A DNA stretch of 64,000 bases from Octopus sinensis (lineage: Eukaryota), in NCBI RefSeq assembly GCF_006345805.1, contig NC_043002.1:103726001-103790000 (forward strand). The letters run 5' to 3'. The position numbers and the translations under genes were made by a program. The notes below the pieces were generated by a model. The model worked only from the letters and a program-made list of their open reading frames with translations. It searched no databases and was not told the DNA's origin. Positions 23,501 to 37,200 of the stretch are shown one piece after another (the first letter of the stretch is position 1; the number at the start of each line of letters is the position of its first letter).

Positions 23501-25436
23501 AGAATGATTTAATATAATGCCCCAGGCCCCCGCCGCCGCACTGATTTCCCCTCTTTACGTTAATGTCTGTCTTGCTTGGTTTAGGCACTGATGGCAGCTA
23601 TGTTGCTGCGAATTAATGTATTTATTCAGCAGCAATTAATACAAATTTCTTAATGCAAAGATAACCACTTAGACGGTGACATGCTAGCTGAAGTATCTAC
23701 AGAATCTCAGCACGAGTAAATACTGGTCGGTAACACTACTGACCTCTTCAAGCCATTGGAATGAATTTAAATGTCAAGTAATTCTATGACTGGCAGGTAT
23801 CACTAATCGAAATATTCAGCAAAAATTCCTAATTGATTGAATAACTCGGCTGAATATTATTGCAAATCCATCAGAATTTCGCGACATTTAAGTAGTTCCA
23901 CATCGAACGGATCTGGGGAAATACACCAGTAAGGTTTCCAAAGATTAATAAGAGAAATGGTTATTTTGTACTAGGTCTGAAATTACTTCCAGTTATACTA
24001 ATCCAGGCTTTTATTCAAATACAGTTTAGCTAGCACTATATCATCCAGTATTTAAGATGAGAGGTCGTGATTAAGATATAGAATTATAGGCTAATTCCTG
24101 TAGGCTGAAGGACCAGGAAGAAGGCCGCTGGTGGACAAATCCAGATACATTGCATTCGTTTGTTAAAGTTGCTTGCTTGTTATATATTCCTAAAAGTACA
24201 CATATTATCTGTTTCAAATTATGGTACAAAACCAGCAATACCGACCCCCCAATGCTTAAAGAGTACTTAGTTTATCGATCCCTGAAAGGATGGAATCAAA
24301 AGTTGAACCCAGCAACAATTAATCTCTAAAAAAATGCCGCCTTAAATACAATCTAAAATTAAATAGTATAAGCGAAAGGGGATCGTGGGATTTAGTTCTG
24401 AAAACTACACTTGGTATAAGGTATAAACCAATGACTTTTTAAAGTGACAAACTCTTGTAGTATCTCGCTTGCGAATAAAATATTGAATCTTTACTATATA
24501 TAATTCTAAATTAGCAATATACACACTTGACATTTTCACACCTCTCTTGTGAAACAAATTCATATTTGTGCATTTTATTTCACTGTGTTATAAGAAGAAT
24601 TACACTAGACTGTTGTGTATGGATATGCGGCCGTTTTTCGAGAAGCGTCTTTACCAGGTAGGCGGCACTACTAAAAGATTTCAAAGTGATTTTTATTTTG
24701 TTATATTGATTTTTTTTGTTTGAGAAAATTCAGTTGCACACGATATGTTCATGGCGGGTTTAGAATTAATATCCTAGTCGGCAGTATACATTACACTGTT
24801 TTGCTGCCAGAGTTTATACAATTAAAGGAGTCGGAAAAATACGCGCGATAGTCACGACGACTGATGAAAGGTGGCGGGAATGTCCCTTGGTGATTTAACA
24901 ATTGTAAATCCTTTTCAAACATTCAACGAAGAATCTCGTTTGCCTCCTCATCAAACTATTAATTCCACATAAAGACCGACCTGTAATTGTTGAAGTTAAA
25001 CCTCAACCATAGAAATATCACAAGTCATTTCCCCTGCACAGGTCTTAGGTACGACCTCATTTCTTGTGATTAATTTATATAACAATATTCAATGTAGCCA
25101 ATGAAAATGTAGCATACGCATTTTTCTGTTATGATGGCAACAGAATTAAAGAAATAATAAGTGTTCAATAAAATTCGAGATCAATTTAATATACGCATAT
25201 TTGAAAGTAGGATCTTTATTAATTTATTAGAAACACCAAGAATGTGCATTAATTTAGCGTTTGAATGCACTCACAAGAACACAAACATACACACATACAC
25301 ATAAGCAAATACGCACGCGCACACGCATACAACCATGCGCATGAAAGCATGCCGCAGTATAAATGTGCATGCAATTACACCCACCAACATATATATCCAC
25401 ACAGCTGTATTTATGTATTATGTGTTTATATGTACA

Positions 25437-25484
<48 letters not shown>

Positions 25485-25591
25485 TATATACATACATACA
25501 TATAAATATATATACATATATATATACATATATATATATATATGTATATATTTATATATATACACACATATATTTATACATACATATGGGA

Positions 25592-25625
<34 letters not shown>

Positions 25626-26320
25626 CACTTCCACATAAGCACATATGCAGTCACATACGTTGCATTATTTGTGTGTTTGTGATATATATGCAAGTGCGCG
25701 AGTGTATGTGTGTGCGTGTCAGAGTATATGTTTGAATATGTATGAATAGCCGTACATGTATAACTTTCTATATTATACACATGAATATATATACGTGTGT
25801 ATATGTGACTTTCATTCTATGTCCCCCTATCAGTCTGTCTGACTTATGTATGTCTCTCTCCCTGTCTATATATAATACACACACACACACACACACATAC
25901 ACACACACACACACATACACACACACTTACCTACACACAATTACACACGTGCATAGTAGATACTTTCCAGTGTGTATGTAAGAGTATATATGTACTTTGA
26001 ATAGAAATGTGTGTTATAACTTATGAAATTAATACATTTATTTTATGTTTGTCGTATGCACAGAAAAATAATTAGTTTTCCATTGTATATCAAATATATT
26101 TGCTTTTCCGTTCGTTTACTTTCATCTGTCTATATAAATATATAAACATTTATTTTGGTGCTTTTCAATTAAGTATTAATTCGACCAATTAGCTCGTTCC
26201 GTTGTACTCTCAATGATGACGTCAACAGATCTTCAACATTTGTCTCGTTGCAAATATACATGGCGATCTCAGTGTATAAATGTCCAACATTACTGTGTCC
26301 GATATATTGTTTCTGCTTTA

Positions 26321-26481
26321 AATATGTGTGTGGTTGTGTGTGTGTGTGTGTGCGTGTGTTTGTGAGAGTATGAATCTTCTATTATACGTACACACGTGCA
26401 TTATATTATTAAACATATATATTTACATATATTATTATGTATATATGCATATATTAGACGCACACACACACACACACACAA

Positions 26482-26520
<39 letters not shown>

Positions 26521-26601
26521 TTAATATGTACATATGTTCTATATACACATACATACATATCTATATACATAAATGTGCAAACATATGTGAGTGTGTGTAT
26601 G

Positions 26602-26639
<38 letters not shown>

Positions 26640-26890
26640 CATACACACACTCACCCACACACACATATGTTTGCACATTTATGTATATAGATATATATGT
26701 ATGTGTATATAGTACATATGTACATATTAATGTGTATATATATATATATGTGTGTGTGTGTGTGCGTCTAATATATGCATATACACATAAAAATTGATGT
26801 AAATATATATGTTTAATAATATAATGCACGTATGTACGTATAATAGAAGATTCATACTCTCACAAACACACGCACACACACATACATATT
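26321..26890. repeat. About 570-bp imperfect palindrome centred on a (TA)n tract
   Basis: Non-repetitive segments (tgtgagagtatgaatcttctattatacgtac; gcatatattagacgcacac; catacataaatgtgcaaacatatgtg-like) recur in reverse complement symmetrically about 26596-26632. Confidence 0.9.
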
Positions 26891-27179
26891 CATGTATACA
26901 TCTATGGACACGTATGTTTGAAATGCTGAAGAAGGCAAAATACGCACTATATGAAAATATCTTCCTCAAAAGTGTCTAAAATACTTCTCCTGAAAAATGC
27001 CATTTTTTTTAAAGAATACTTAATTCTCTTTAAGAAATAATTCTTCTATTGTGACTGTATCAAGTATTATTTGCAATAACATATATGTGTCTGACTGTGT
27101 TTGTATGCATAAGTACAAGTATATGTCTTATGTATGTGTATATGCATGTATATATGTATGTCATTTCGAGTGCTACTGG

Positions 27180-27800
27180 TAACATGTAACCCAATACAAC
27201 CTGTTGCATGGTCGGGTCGTCGGCGACTAAACCGGCAACCCCACCAAGCTTGCTTGGTGAGGAGGGTGTTTATCGGACACCCTGCAGGATGAAAAACAAA
27301 ACCCGTCAAAGGGCGGTGGAACTCTTGAGAGTCAACGGCCATCCAATAAATGCCTTAAGGCTGTATCATGCGCGGGGACATAGAAATAATCGGACTGAAT
27401 ACCCGATCGCGCTGTTAAACCATTGGGAGTGAAGGACTCATAGCCTTTGTTAGGGCATCCTTCTAGGAGAAGGTAACTCAGGTAACTGGGATAACTCCGA
27501 CATAAATCCTGCGGCTCAGTGGTTACCGATGATGTTGACTAGTTCTGATTTTCGGATTATGGCTGCTGTTGCTTAAAGAGTGGGATTGACTCAGTGCACA
27601 GCCTTTCCTCACTTTAAAAATAATCTTCTTTCACGGGCATTGCACGATACCAAAATTGATTAAGCTTCATGCAATGGCCATACTCGATAACGAGGGGGAA
27701 GCCACTATGTCATTATTGAGTTTATTTCAAGATGTCTTGCCAATGAAGAAAGAATTGGTTTCTAATCTAGATCCAAGGTTCCTCAATTGGAATTTCAAAA
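27180..27800 (+). mobile_element. RTE-like LINE 5' region (UTR and start of ORF), truncated
   Basis: ggcatccttctaggagaaggtaactc and gcctttcctcactttaaaaa resemble RTE-clade 5' UTR motifs from recall; no RT domain present. Confidence 0.4.
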
Positions 27801-27829
27801 TCAGCAATAGAGTATTTTCGTTTGAGCGT

Positions 27830-28110
27830 ATGCAAGCATATGTGCAGATTTGTATATCTTATGTAAATATTCTCATGTATATAGTTGCCTATGTAGACAT
27901 GCTCGCATATATTTAAATGATAGACTCCTGGAAAGTTTTACAGATCTTCACAGTTCCGATGATGGACTGTATCTGGAGTCTTCGAATTAGCTTTCTCTTT
28001 TCCGGTTTGGAGAATCCTAATTCCTCAACATTGGTATTTAGGCAATGTGTTATATATCCCAGGGCCCCTCTATTTACAGGTATAAACCTGAATTTGTAAT
28101 CTGGATAGAG
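27830..28110 (-). mobile_element. 3' end of a restriction-like-endonuclease non-LTR retrotransposon (R4/Dong/NeSL-like)
   Basis: ORF 27913..28227 core YPDYKFRFIPVNRGALGYITHCLNTNVEELGF...LQIQSIIGTVKICKTF* fits the REL C-terminal P-V-x-G-A-L-G...Q...T-x-K-I pattern; truncated into (TATG)n. Confidence 0.65.
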
Positions 28111-28117
28111 TAACTGC

Positions 28118-28148
<31 letters not shown>

Positions 28149-28611
28149 CGTACATATGTAAGTATGTATTATGTAAGTATTTATATGTGTGTGTATTGTT
28201 CAAGACATATGTCTCACAGTGCATCATATATTTAATGTAATTTTTTATGATTCACTTTAGCCATTTTTGTGGTTATAGAATCCGTCACAGAAAAAAAAAC
28301 ATTAAAATTTTGTGACATCATCGGATGTCAGTAAATGGAAACGTTCACAGGAATATGCAAAACCAGTAAAATACATTGCAGTTGATAGCGGACAAAATTG
28401 AAGAGAGTCAAAAACGTGCCGAAAAATTGGTTTCTATTTCATTGCGCGCCTCAAAGAGATCTAATGACGGCAGATAACAATTATACAGCAATTTAAAATC
28501 AACTAAATTGCCAATGATTTAGATACAGAGTGAGCTAGTTTGGCTATAAATATGCACATCCATACATAGATACTTCTAAACGCATCTGAGTATGTATGTA
28601 TATATATACAT

Positions 28612-28671
<60 letters not shown>

Positions 28672-28684
28672 TATATATACATAT

Positions 28685-28734
<50 letters not shown>

Positions 28735-29778
28735 GTATATATATACATATATATATATATATATACGCACCTGCGTGTAAATACACTTAGATATATGTGT
28801 TTATATGTGTATATATATATATATATATACATACATATATGCATAATATGTGTGTGAGAGTACGTGTGTGAGTCTGTGTATGTGTGTGTTTAGATATATA
28901 TGTTGAGAGCGTGTCTTTATGACAGATTTTTCAAGATATTGACAGTTGGAGATATATATATATATTCACTATCGGATAGATAGTGTGGTGGAATAAATAG
29001 AGTGAGAGAGACAATTACTGTAATTTGCCAAGAATGTTTGAGAGATATTTGAATTATTTCAATAGTAATTGTTAAGATGCTAAGTAATTGGAATATAGTT
29101 TTAAAGAACATTTCGTTGCTATTCATATATTTATATATCACGTTCCTTCATTTGATATGTCTATTGTGTGGTTGTTATCCAACAATGTGATAAAATTAGC
29201 TTTTTAAATCAACCGAAAGTAAAGAGAAATAGCTTCAACATTGATGGAAAATTTGGGATATATTCCAATATCTTTGATTAATGATGTTTATTTTTGTGCT
29301 TTGAAACTAAATATATTTGCCATTTTCTTGCTTGCTTCTAGAGTGTCTCTTGCTAAATTCGATAGAATTCTGCTGCTATCAAGAAATTCACCAGGTCAGA
29401 TCACGTGATATGGATGTCTTGCTCAGGGGATACAACGTACTTAATCGTCACTGTTTTAACACACCTATGATAAACAGGTCCCTGATGCTAATTCACCAAG
29501 CAGTCTTAAGTATTGTCGGTTCGTCTGTCAACGAATTAGGCGAGAAGTACTGAATAAGCGTTCGGGGCCCTAATAAAGGCCAGTTGGTAGATTCTACTCT
29601 ACTGCTCGATTCTAACACCGTAAAACTAATCAGCGCAACGGGTTTCTCCTCATAGCATTTGATTCTATTTTCTTTTAATCTTACGAACATTTAATTGATT
29701 TTTAATGACTTCATCACAAGAATCGTTGCAACATCCATATTCACAGGGCATCAGATGCTGTCGAGATAATGCAAACCT

Positions 29779-30375
29779 TACATTATTTGAATTATTTACA
29801 TTTGACGCATATTTGTCCTCGTCTTGTTTGTTGTTAACACAAAGTTTCGGCTGCTATACCCTCCAGTCTTCATCGGGTGTGTTAGGGAAATTTCAAAACT
29901 GGGATCTCATTCCTAAGGTATTTTTCCATGGAGACCACCTCCTGTGGGATGAAGTTAAAATAATAGAGAGACAACACCACTGGAAAATCCGAAAACTAAA
30001 AGAAGCAGGACATATGCTAGGACACAACAACCTCCTAAGCAGACTGAGTGCAGATATGAACAGCATATGGGAACCGGTATTAAGGAAGGATAGGAAAATA
30101 TTAGATTTATAAGCCCTAAAATTCACTCCATAATTGCACACGTGGCGTAGTGGTTAACCTCGCGGGCTAATAACACCAAGATTCCGAGTTCGATTCCAAG
30201 CAGTAACCTGAATAATAATAATAACAACAACAACAACAATAACAACATTGAAAAATACCTTAGGAGTGAGAACCTGTGTATATCAACCGAAACGTTGTGT
30301 GAACAAGACGAGGACAAATATCCGTCAAATGTAAATAGTGTAAATAATTCCTCATCTTTTAAATATAGAACTGTA
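29779..30375 (+). mobile_element. Penelope-like element 3' fragment: inverted pLTR, GIY-YIG C-terminus, tRNA-like head, forward pLTR
   Basis: 29779-29928 is the reverse complement of the 30248-30375 family; 29929-30112 encodes DHLLWDEVKIIERQHHWKIRKLKEAGHMLGHNNLLSRLSADMNSIWEPVL*; A-box tggcgtagtgg at 30143 and B-box gagttcgattcc at 30186. Confidence 0.75.
29835..29884 (-). ncRNA. Degenerate minimal type I hammerhead ribozyme motif
   Basis: taacac-ac-CCGATGA-a-gactg..cagcc-GAAAC-ttt-gtgtta: stem I taacac/gtgtta, stem II with one mismatch; core and cleavage-site substitutions suggest it is inactive. Confidence 0.5.
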
Positions 30376-30689
30376 AAGTCACCTTAGAAATTTAATATTA
30401 ATAGATTTTGTAGATTATCTTCTTATATCTGTTATAGAAAAATAAGTCTACTTCTGTCGAATTGTCTATTCAAAATGTGAACGTCTTTTACGTATTGCTT
30501 ATACTCTAAATACTGTCATCCTGAACCAGTAATATCCACATAAAAGATGAAACGCAAAGTGGAAACTCTAAGGATCACTAAATTATCACGAGATTATTAA
30601 GCACATTTGGATAAAGTAATTAAGCGATATAATTATGTATTGCAAATAAGAAAAGAAATACCTCATATCTTTAATGAAGTTGAACAATA

Positions 30690-31097
30690 TACGATTCAGG
30701 CATATTCCTACCACTCTATGTCACGCTGGTGAGACCCATATTGGAGTACGGGATTCAAGCCTCCTCTTATCTCCTCAAAGACATACAGCATCTCGAAAGA
30801 GTCCAGAAGCTGGCTACCCGCATGGTTCATGGTCTCAAAAATTTGTCTTATGAAGAATGCTCTACCTGCGACGATTTCATCTCAATCGAAGGAGAGGAGC
30901 TTTCACCGTCCGGGTTGCGGATCCTTGGAACAAGCTGCCAGACGAGATGGTGAAGATGCCAACGACCGCTTTGTTCAAAGTCTCCCTTGACCTCAAGTGG
31001 CCTGAACTCTTTACATGAACACCACCCTGTACTTAACTCCATGTCCCCGTACATGGCCTTGTTATTTGCTTTTGAGCCAAATTAACTAACTAACTAA
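30690..31097 (+). mobile_element. CR1/L2-like LINE 3' end
   Basis: IFLPLYVTLVRPILEYGIQAS...DIQHLERVQKLATRMVHGLKNLSYEE; (ACTA)n tail at 31083-31097. Confidence 0.8.
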
Positions 31098-31229
31098 ATC
31101 AGTTTGTAAATGATAAAAGTTATGAATCATGATAAAGTTATAAAAGCTGTGCTTAATTTATTAGTAATTAGTGAAAGCTTTAAATATACAAAGTTGAAAA
31201 AGAATCGTTCAACACTTTGGTTCATACTC

Positions 31230-31909
31230 TGAGGAGATGACGAACAAAACTTTGGTTTAAATCACTCACTGCCGATAAACAATTCAAATATCCGATATTT
31301 CTTTTAATAGTATTTGCTTATAATAGTATTTGTCTTATAACCGGTAGGGAGAAGAGAAATACCGGCATCCAACGATAAATAAGGTAGTTATCTAGGTAAG
31401 GTGTTTTTATCTGCTTGGTGGGATATGAAAGGTTTAGTGCACCTTGAGATTCTTAAACTCACACCAAAGGATAAGAAATAAGATTTACTGTGAACAGCTT
31501 CAGCGGCTTAAGTCAGCGTTAGGCGAAAAACGAATGTCTTTGGTTGCAAGACGAAATGTGTTCTTGAATCAGGCCATATTCATTGAAAATGACATTCTAA
31601 AGACTAGAGTTGATTGCTTAGCAAACGATGGCCTAACACTCACTACCCCACCATCACCATATTCGCCGGACATTGCTCCATCTGATTATCATATATTTAT
31701 TCTGCAGTCTTCAAAATTATTTGGTCGAAGAAAATATGAATTCTGTAGACGTGGTCAGAACAGTACTGGAGGAATAGTTTTCACCACGGACAAGTGAATT
31801 TTGGAATAGGAACCTTGCAAATCTACCAGATTGATAGAAGAGCATCGTAGAAAATGAACGTCTCAATTTTGTATAAAAAAAACTGCATTGTTAATGGGAC
31901 GACCCAATA
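31230..31909 (+). mobile_element. Decayed mariner (DD34D) 3' portion with right TIR
   Basis: KVFLSAWWDMKG, IYCEQLQRLK, PYSPDIAPSDYHIF; terminal ttaatgggacgacccaaTA. Confidence 0.8.
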
Positions 31910-32599
31910 TATATATATATTGATAGATAGATCGATCGATAGTCAGATATACACCCACAAGTACACATACATACACAAATAAACACACGCACTCATATAA
32001 AAGGAAGCGATCTCATTATAACACTTAATACCATTAAATATTTGCCTAAAATATTTCATTATAAATTGGGACTTTCCATCAATATTGGATATTATACAAT
32101 TATTCTTTTAAAAACTGAAAATCAATTCTGTTTATTTCCAGAGCAGACGGGAGCAGGATAAGCCAATCAAAAACAGAATTCGACTTAGAATATGTTATAC
32201 GACTGCTTCATGCGTATACTTCATACTAACAATAAAACGGCTGCTATTTCATATCCGGTACATACCCAGATTTATGATAGAAACGGAAACGATTGTGAAA
32301 TAGGTAGATCACATAATTTTAGGAATAAGAATAATGATATGTTTGAGAAGATTCCAAGCATGAAAGAAAATTATATCCCAGTCGCGATTCTTTTTGTGCT
32401 TGCAATACCTGACAATTTTATGGAACGTTAACAAAAACACGAATCAGTAAAGCATTGGGAAACGGCGATGGCTTAAGAAGAATGGAAAGAAAACAAATAT
32501 AGAAGCATTCTTCTAAGAGGGATTTCCTACTAATTGTCTACTAGAATATCAACAAACCCTCGAGAAACTCAATCATATTGTCCAATAACAAATGGAAAT

Positions 32600-32825
32600 A
32601 GGTCGGTGAGCTGGCAAGCCGGGCGAAATGATAGATGGTATTCTGTCTGCCGTTACGTTCTGAGTTCAAACTCCGCCGAGGTCGAATTTGCCTTTCATCC
32701 TTTCGGGGTCGATTCAATAAGTACCACCTACGCACTGCAGTCGATGTAATCGACTTAAATCCTCTGTCTGTCCTTGTTTGTCCCCTCTATGTTTAGCCAC
32801 CCCAGTGGGCAATAAAGAGATAAAT
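32600..32825 (+). mobile_element. tRNA-derived SINE, family A
   Basis: Same body and tail as 8663-8892. Confidence 0.8.
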
Positions 32826-32922
32826 ATGAAATGGAAATATTCCTCTCAAACTACAAAACGTCCAATAATTTGTCATACAACTATAGTACACTCCTCCTTC
32901 TGCTTCTCTCTCTTCTCCCACT

Positions 32923-32988
32923 CTTCTTCTTCTTCTTCTTCTTCTTCTTCTTCTTCTTCTTCTTCTTTTCTTCTTCTTCTTCTTCTTC

Positions 32989-33020
<32 letters not shown>

Positions 33021-33100
33021 CTTCTTCTTCTTCTACTTCTTCTTCTTCTTCTTCTTCTTTTTCTTCTTCTTCTTCTTCTTCTTCTTCTTCTTCATCATCA
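32923..33100. repeat. (TTC)n microsatellite
   Basis: About 55 near-perfect units. Confidence 0.95.
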
Positions 33101-34508
33101 TCAAAATCTGCGGTGGTTAACTGCCATATTATATCTAGGTCTTACGAGTCAGTGTGTGTCAGTCGTCTTCCCGTTCCAAGTGTCTGAGTTAAAGAGAAAT
33201 TAACCTGTTACAGGAAGCCCGCAATGTGGCGAAGTACAAAATAAACACCATTTTGTCAAGCATAAAAATTTATAGAAATTAACATAAACATTATTCCGAT
33301 TGGATCTTCACTATGATAGTTCGCATGTGTGTGTGTGCGTGAGCGTATGTGGATGTGTGGGGGTGCGTATGTGTTGGTACGCATATTTATGTGAGTAAAT
33401 GTCTGTGCGCATACGTATGTGTGTAATTCATATCTGAAAAAGCTACTATTTACAGGTAATTATAATATAAGAAAATTATTTGTGTGATTGAAAATGCACC
33501 TCGGTTTTAAAAGATATTCTAGAATATCACACTGGACTCAACATATTTTGTATGTTAATTACAAATGTATTAAAAATGGAGGTAATTACTCGTTGCCGTA
33601 TGCAAAAATTTCCTCAAATATTTAGGACAGGCTGAATCGCATATTTTAGCTAAATATCTTGAGTTCGTAAATATGGTTTAGTGTATATTTGTGGAACTGC
33701 GCCATATTCTGTAGTTATCTTTATTCTTTATTCTTTGCAGAAACTTAATTCTTGTTTTGCAATTATCTTCACCATAAAAAAAAATATGTAGTAGAATATA
33801 TATAAAAAGAAAAGAAAAGAAAACGAGTACAACGCTAAAAGAGTGTTTTGAAACCCATTGCATTTAATTTCAAGCGGTCGCAATCTTGCATAAATTATGG
33901 TAATCTTGTTATCGTCTCAGACATGTTCGAAATTTACCAAGCCAAGACATATAAAATCTCATTAAAATGCAAGATTATCTTTGGATGGTGTAAAGAATAA
34001 CGTGTTAGAGAGAGCCATTAATTCGGAAGTGGAAAATAAGAGAAAATGTTGCAAGAAAAATGAAGTTTGGTAGAAAACATTGAAATCTGCTTCCTATAAT
34101 ACTATTAAGAATATCAGTGAAATTTAGGTGATATTATTTTCGGAATGGGTACTTAGAAATACTAGAAGCATATTTATTAAAATTTATGAGAAATTAATCA
34201 ATAATGAATAACAGAAATCTCATATAGATTACAAATTACGAAATAGACTTCGAGCAAGAACGTAGGTTGGTGCAGCCATGTTGAATATTTCTAAAACATT
34301 GTTATTTAATAGTAAATGTTATAAAATATATCGTGTGGGGCGAATATGTACGTGATTAACTGCATGTGTATATGAAGATATGATTGTGAGTAATTACGCA
34401 TGTGCATATATGGATATTTAATATAAATTGTATATGTGATTTCTCTGTATATATGTGTGCATACGCGCGCAAATATATGTATGTGTGTGTACACCTATAT
34501 TGTGCATG

Positions 34509-34563
<55 letters not shown>

Positions 34564-34568
34564 TATAC

Positions 34569-34658
<90 letters not shown>

Positions 34659-35897
34659 GGGGAGGAGATAGACTAATGCATTAATGCATAGATATACCAT
34701 TCCCCATGGAAAATAACTGAATCGATTTGAAGACACAGACAAAAAAATTTGAGAGAGAAAGATAGAGAGAGAAAGAGTGAGAGAGAGAAAGAGTAGAGAG
34801 AGAGAGAGAGAGAGAGAGCGAAATAGAAGTAAAGAAAGAGAGAGTGTGTTAAAAGTAATTATATAGCCATAAGATATTATTAGTATTTCCATAGCAGAGC
34901 CAAGCTAAATATCACAATTATCAAATCTTGAAATATCATCGCTTATGAAAACACGAAGCCTTACGCTTTTATAGGTAAGAATAAACGATTGGCGAGCAAC
35001 GAAAATTCCTCGCTCACATCTCTACTAATGTTGACGTTATTATTGTGTCTTATATATTTAGACAGTTTCTCGACAAAACCCATAATTCAGAGACTAGTAA
35101 AGTACTTTTCAAAATCTACCTGAACGCAAAACATTCCAATCTTCTTTGATGTAAAGAATTTCAAAGATTTTCATAGACATCAGTATTTTTTCCTCTTATT
35201 TTGTCAAAATCGATTAGTGTTATAGACAGACTATCGCAGAATCTAAGTTAAAATACGCAAATCACGCCATATTTCTCTAACAGATACATATGAAAACAGA
35301 AACATACAGATAACCATACGTTCATATAAGCGAAAATGTAAATAAGTATATTTATGTATGTATATTTATACATAACCGTGTGTGCTCATGCGTGCGTGCG
35401 TATGTATGTGTGTACGTGCATGCGTGAGTGTGTGTGTGTTTGAGCGTGTGTGCATATCAATACACATGAATATGTTTCCTCGTGTGTGTATATAATGATT
35501 TTCTTTGTAGTTATATATACATATTAATGCATATCAAATGTTTACGTATATGCATATGCATATAGATACCTGTGCGTGTGTGTGTGCGTGTGTATGTGTG
35601 TGTGGGCGCGAGTGTTTTTGTGTATGTAAAGATATATATTATGATTGAATATTTGTATATGCAAATATGTATTTATATATGAGTGCGTGTGTGCGTGTAG
35701 ATATATATGTTATATTCTGTTCAGAACGTGGTAGATTACTGTATAAAGCTGGTCTACCTTCATATTTCACCCGATGCTATTTCGCAGTGGAGGTTATAAG
35801 CACTGCTAGACTTGTGATGGCGCTTCTGTTGTGTAAGAACTTATTCAGTTACATATACACATACATACATACACATATACACACACATGCATATATA

Positions 35898-35946
<49 letters not shown>

Positions 35947-36030
35947 TGTATGTATTTGTGTGTGTGCATATATCTATGTATTTATGTATATATCTATGTA
36001 TTTATGTATATATCTATGTACGTCTATGTA

Positions 36031-36074
<44 letters not shown>

Positions 36075-36928
36075 AAATGCGAGAGAGAGGGGGGTAGAGA
36101 AAGATGGAGAGAGAAAAGTACTCATCGAATTGCTCTTATTCTTGGGTAAGGGTGGCTTCTGATTTTCAAACAAACCCACAGTCCTCACAACACGCAATGC
36201 GTGTCTTATTTTATTTCCCCTTGTTTACTGTTTGTTCACATAACTTTCTGGTCCCGATTCACTTATTACATTATAACAACATCGTCTTCTAAATAATATA
36301 TGATCCTCAGCCTTTATTCTAAAGGAGGTTATGAGTACATTGGCAAATAGAGAAATCGATATTAGTGATTTGTTGAGTCTTAAGAAAAGTCTGTCGACCA
36401 TTCCTAAATAATGATTTAGACAGTAAGTCTTAGAGTGACCGCACTCACTAATAAAATAAACTAAACCATGTAATATTATCTGAGACTAAAGAAGAGAATT
36501 GTTCGTATTTAATCCTGTCGTGAATAAATCGATATGATTGCCACTGTCATGTATACCCACGAATGGATGACTTCGAATTCTACAACGGTGAGCCTATAAT
36601 GAGACTTTATTTCAGAACCATAAACTATTTGACAATTCAGTACTCTTCACTGTTATTGGAGTAGTAACTTTTTTTCTTTTTCTTTTTTTTTTTTCTTTTT
36701 GATATTCGTTACTGCAATTAAGAAAAGAAGTCAGATGGCGTTCAGAATCTATTTATGAAGTGACTACCCAGGGATACCGAAAATATATACGTATCCGTTT
36801 ATGCACGCTGCACGCACTAAAACGTAAACTCATATATATATACATACACACATGCATACATACATATATACATATATATATATATGCATATACATATATT
36901 ACATACATACATACATACTATATATATA

Positions 36929-36968
<40 letters not shown>

Positions 36969-36994
36969 TATATATATATAACCTATCAAAAGAA

Positions 36995-37067
36995 AGAAAA
37001 ATATTCTTTAATAACATCTTTAATTATAAGTTACAAACGCTTTCGGACTATCTCCATTTGCCACGCC

Positions 37068-37100
<33 letters not shown>

Positions 37101-37200
37101 ATATATATATATGATGAAATGAAGAGAAAAATATTTTTTAATACATCTTTAATTATAAGTTACAAACGCTTTCGCACTATCTCCAATTGCCACGCCATAT
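36995..37200. repeat. Two direct copies of an about 75-bp unit separated by (TA)n
   Basis: catctttaattataagttacaaacgctttcg(g/c)actatctcca(t/a)ttgccacgccata at about 37016 and 37144. Confidence 0.85.
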
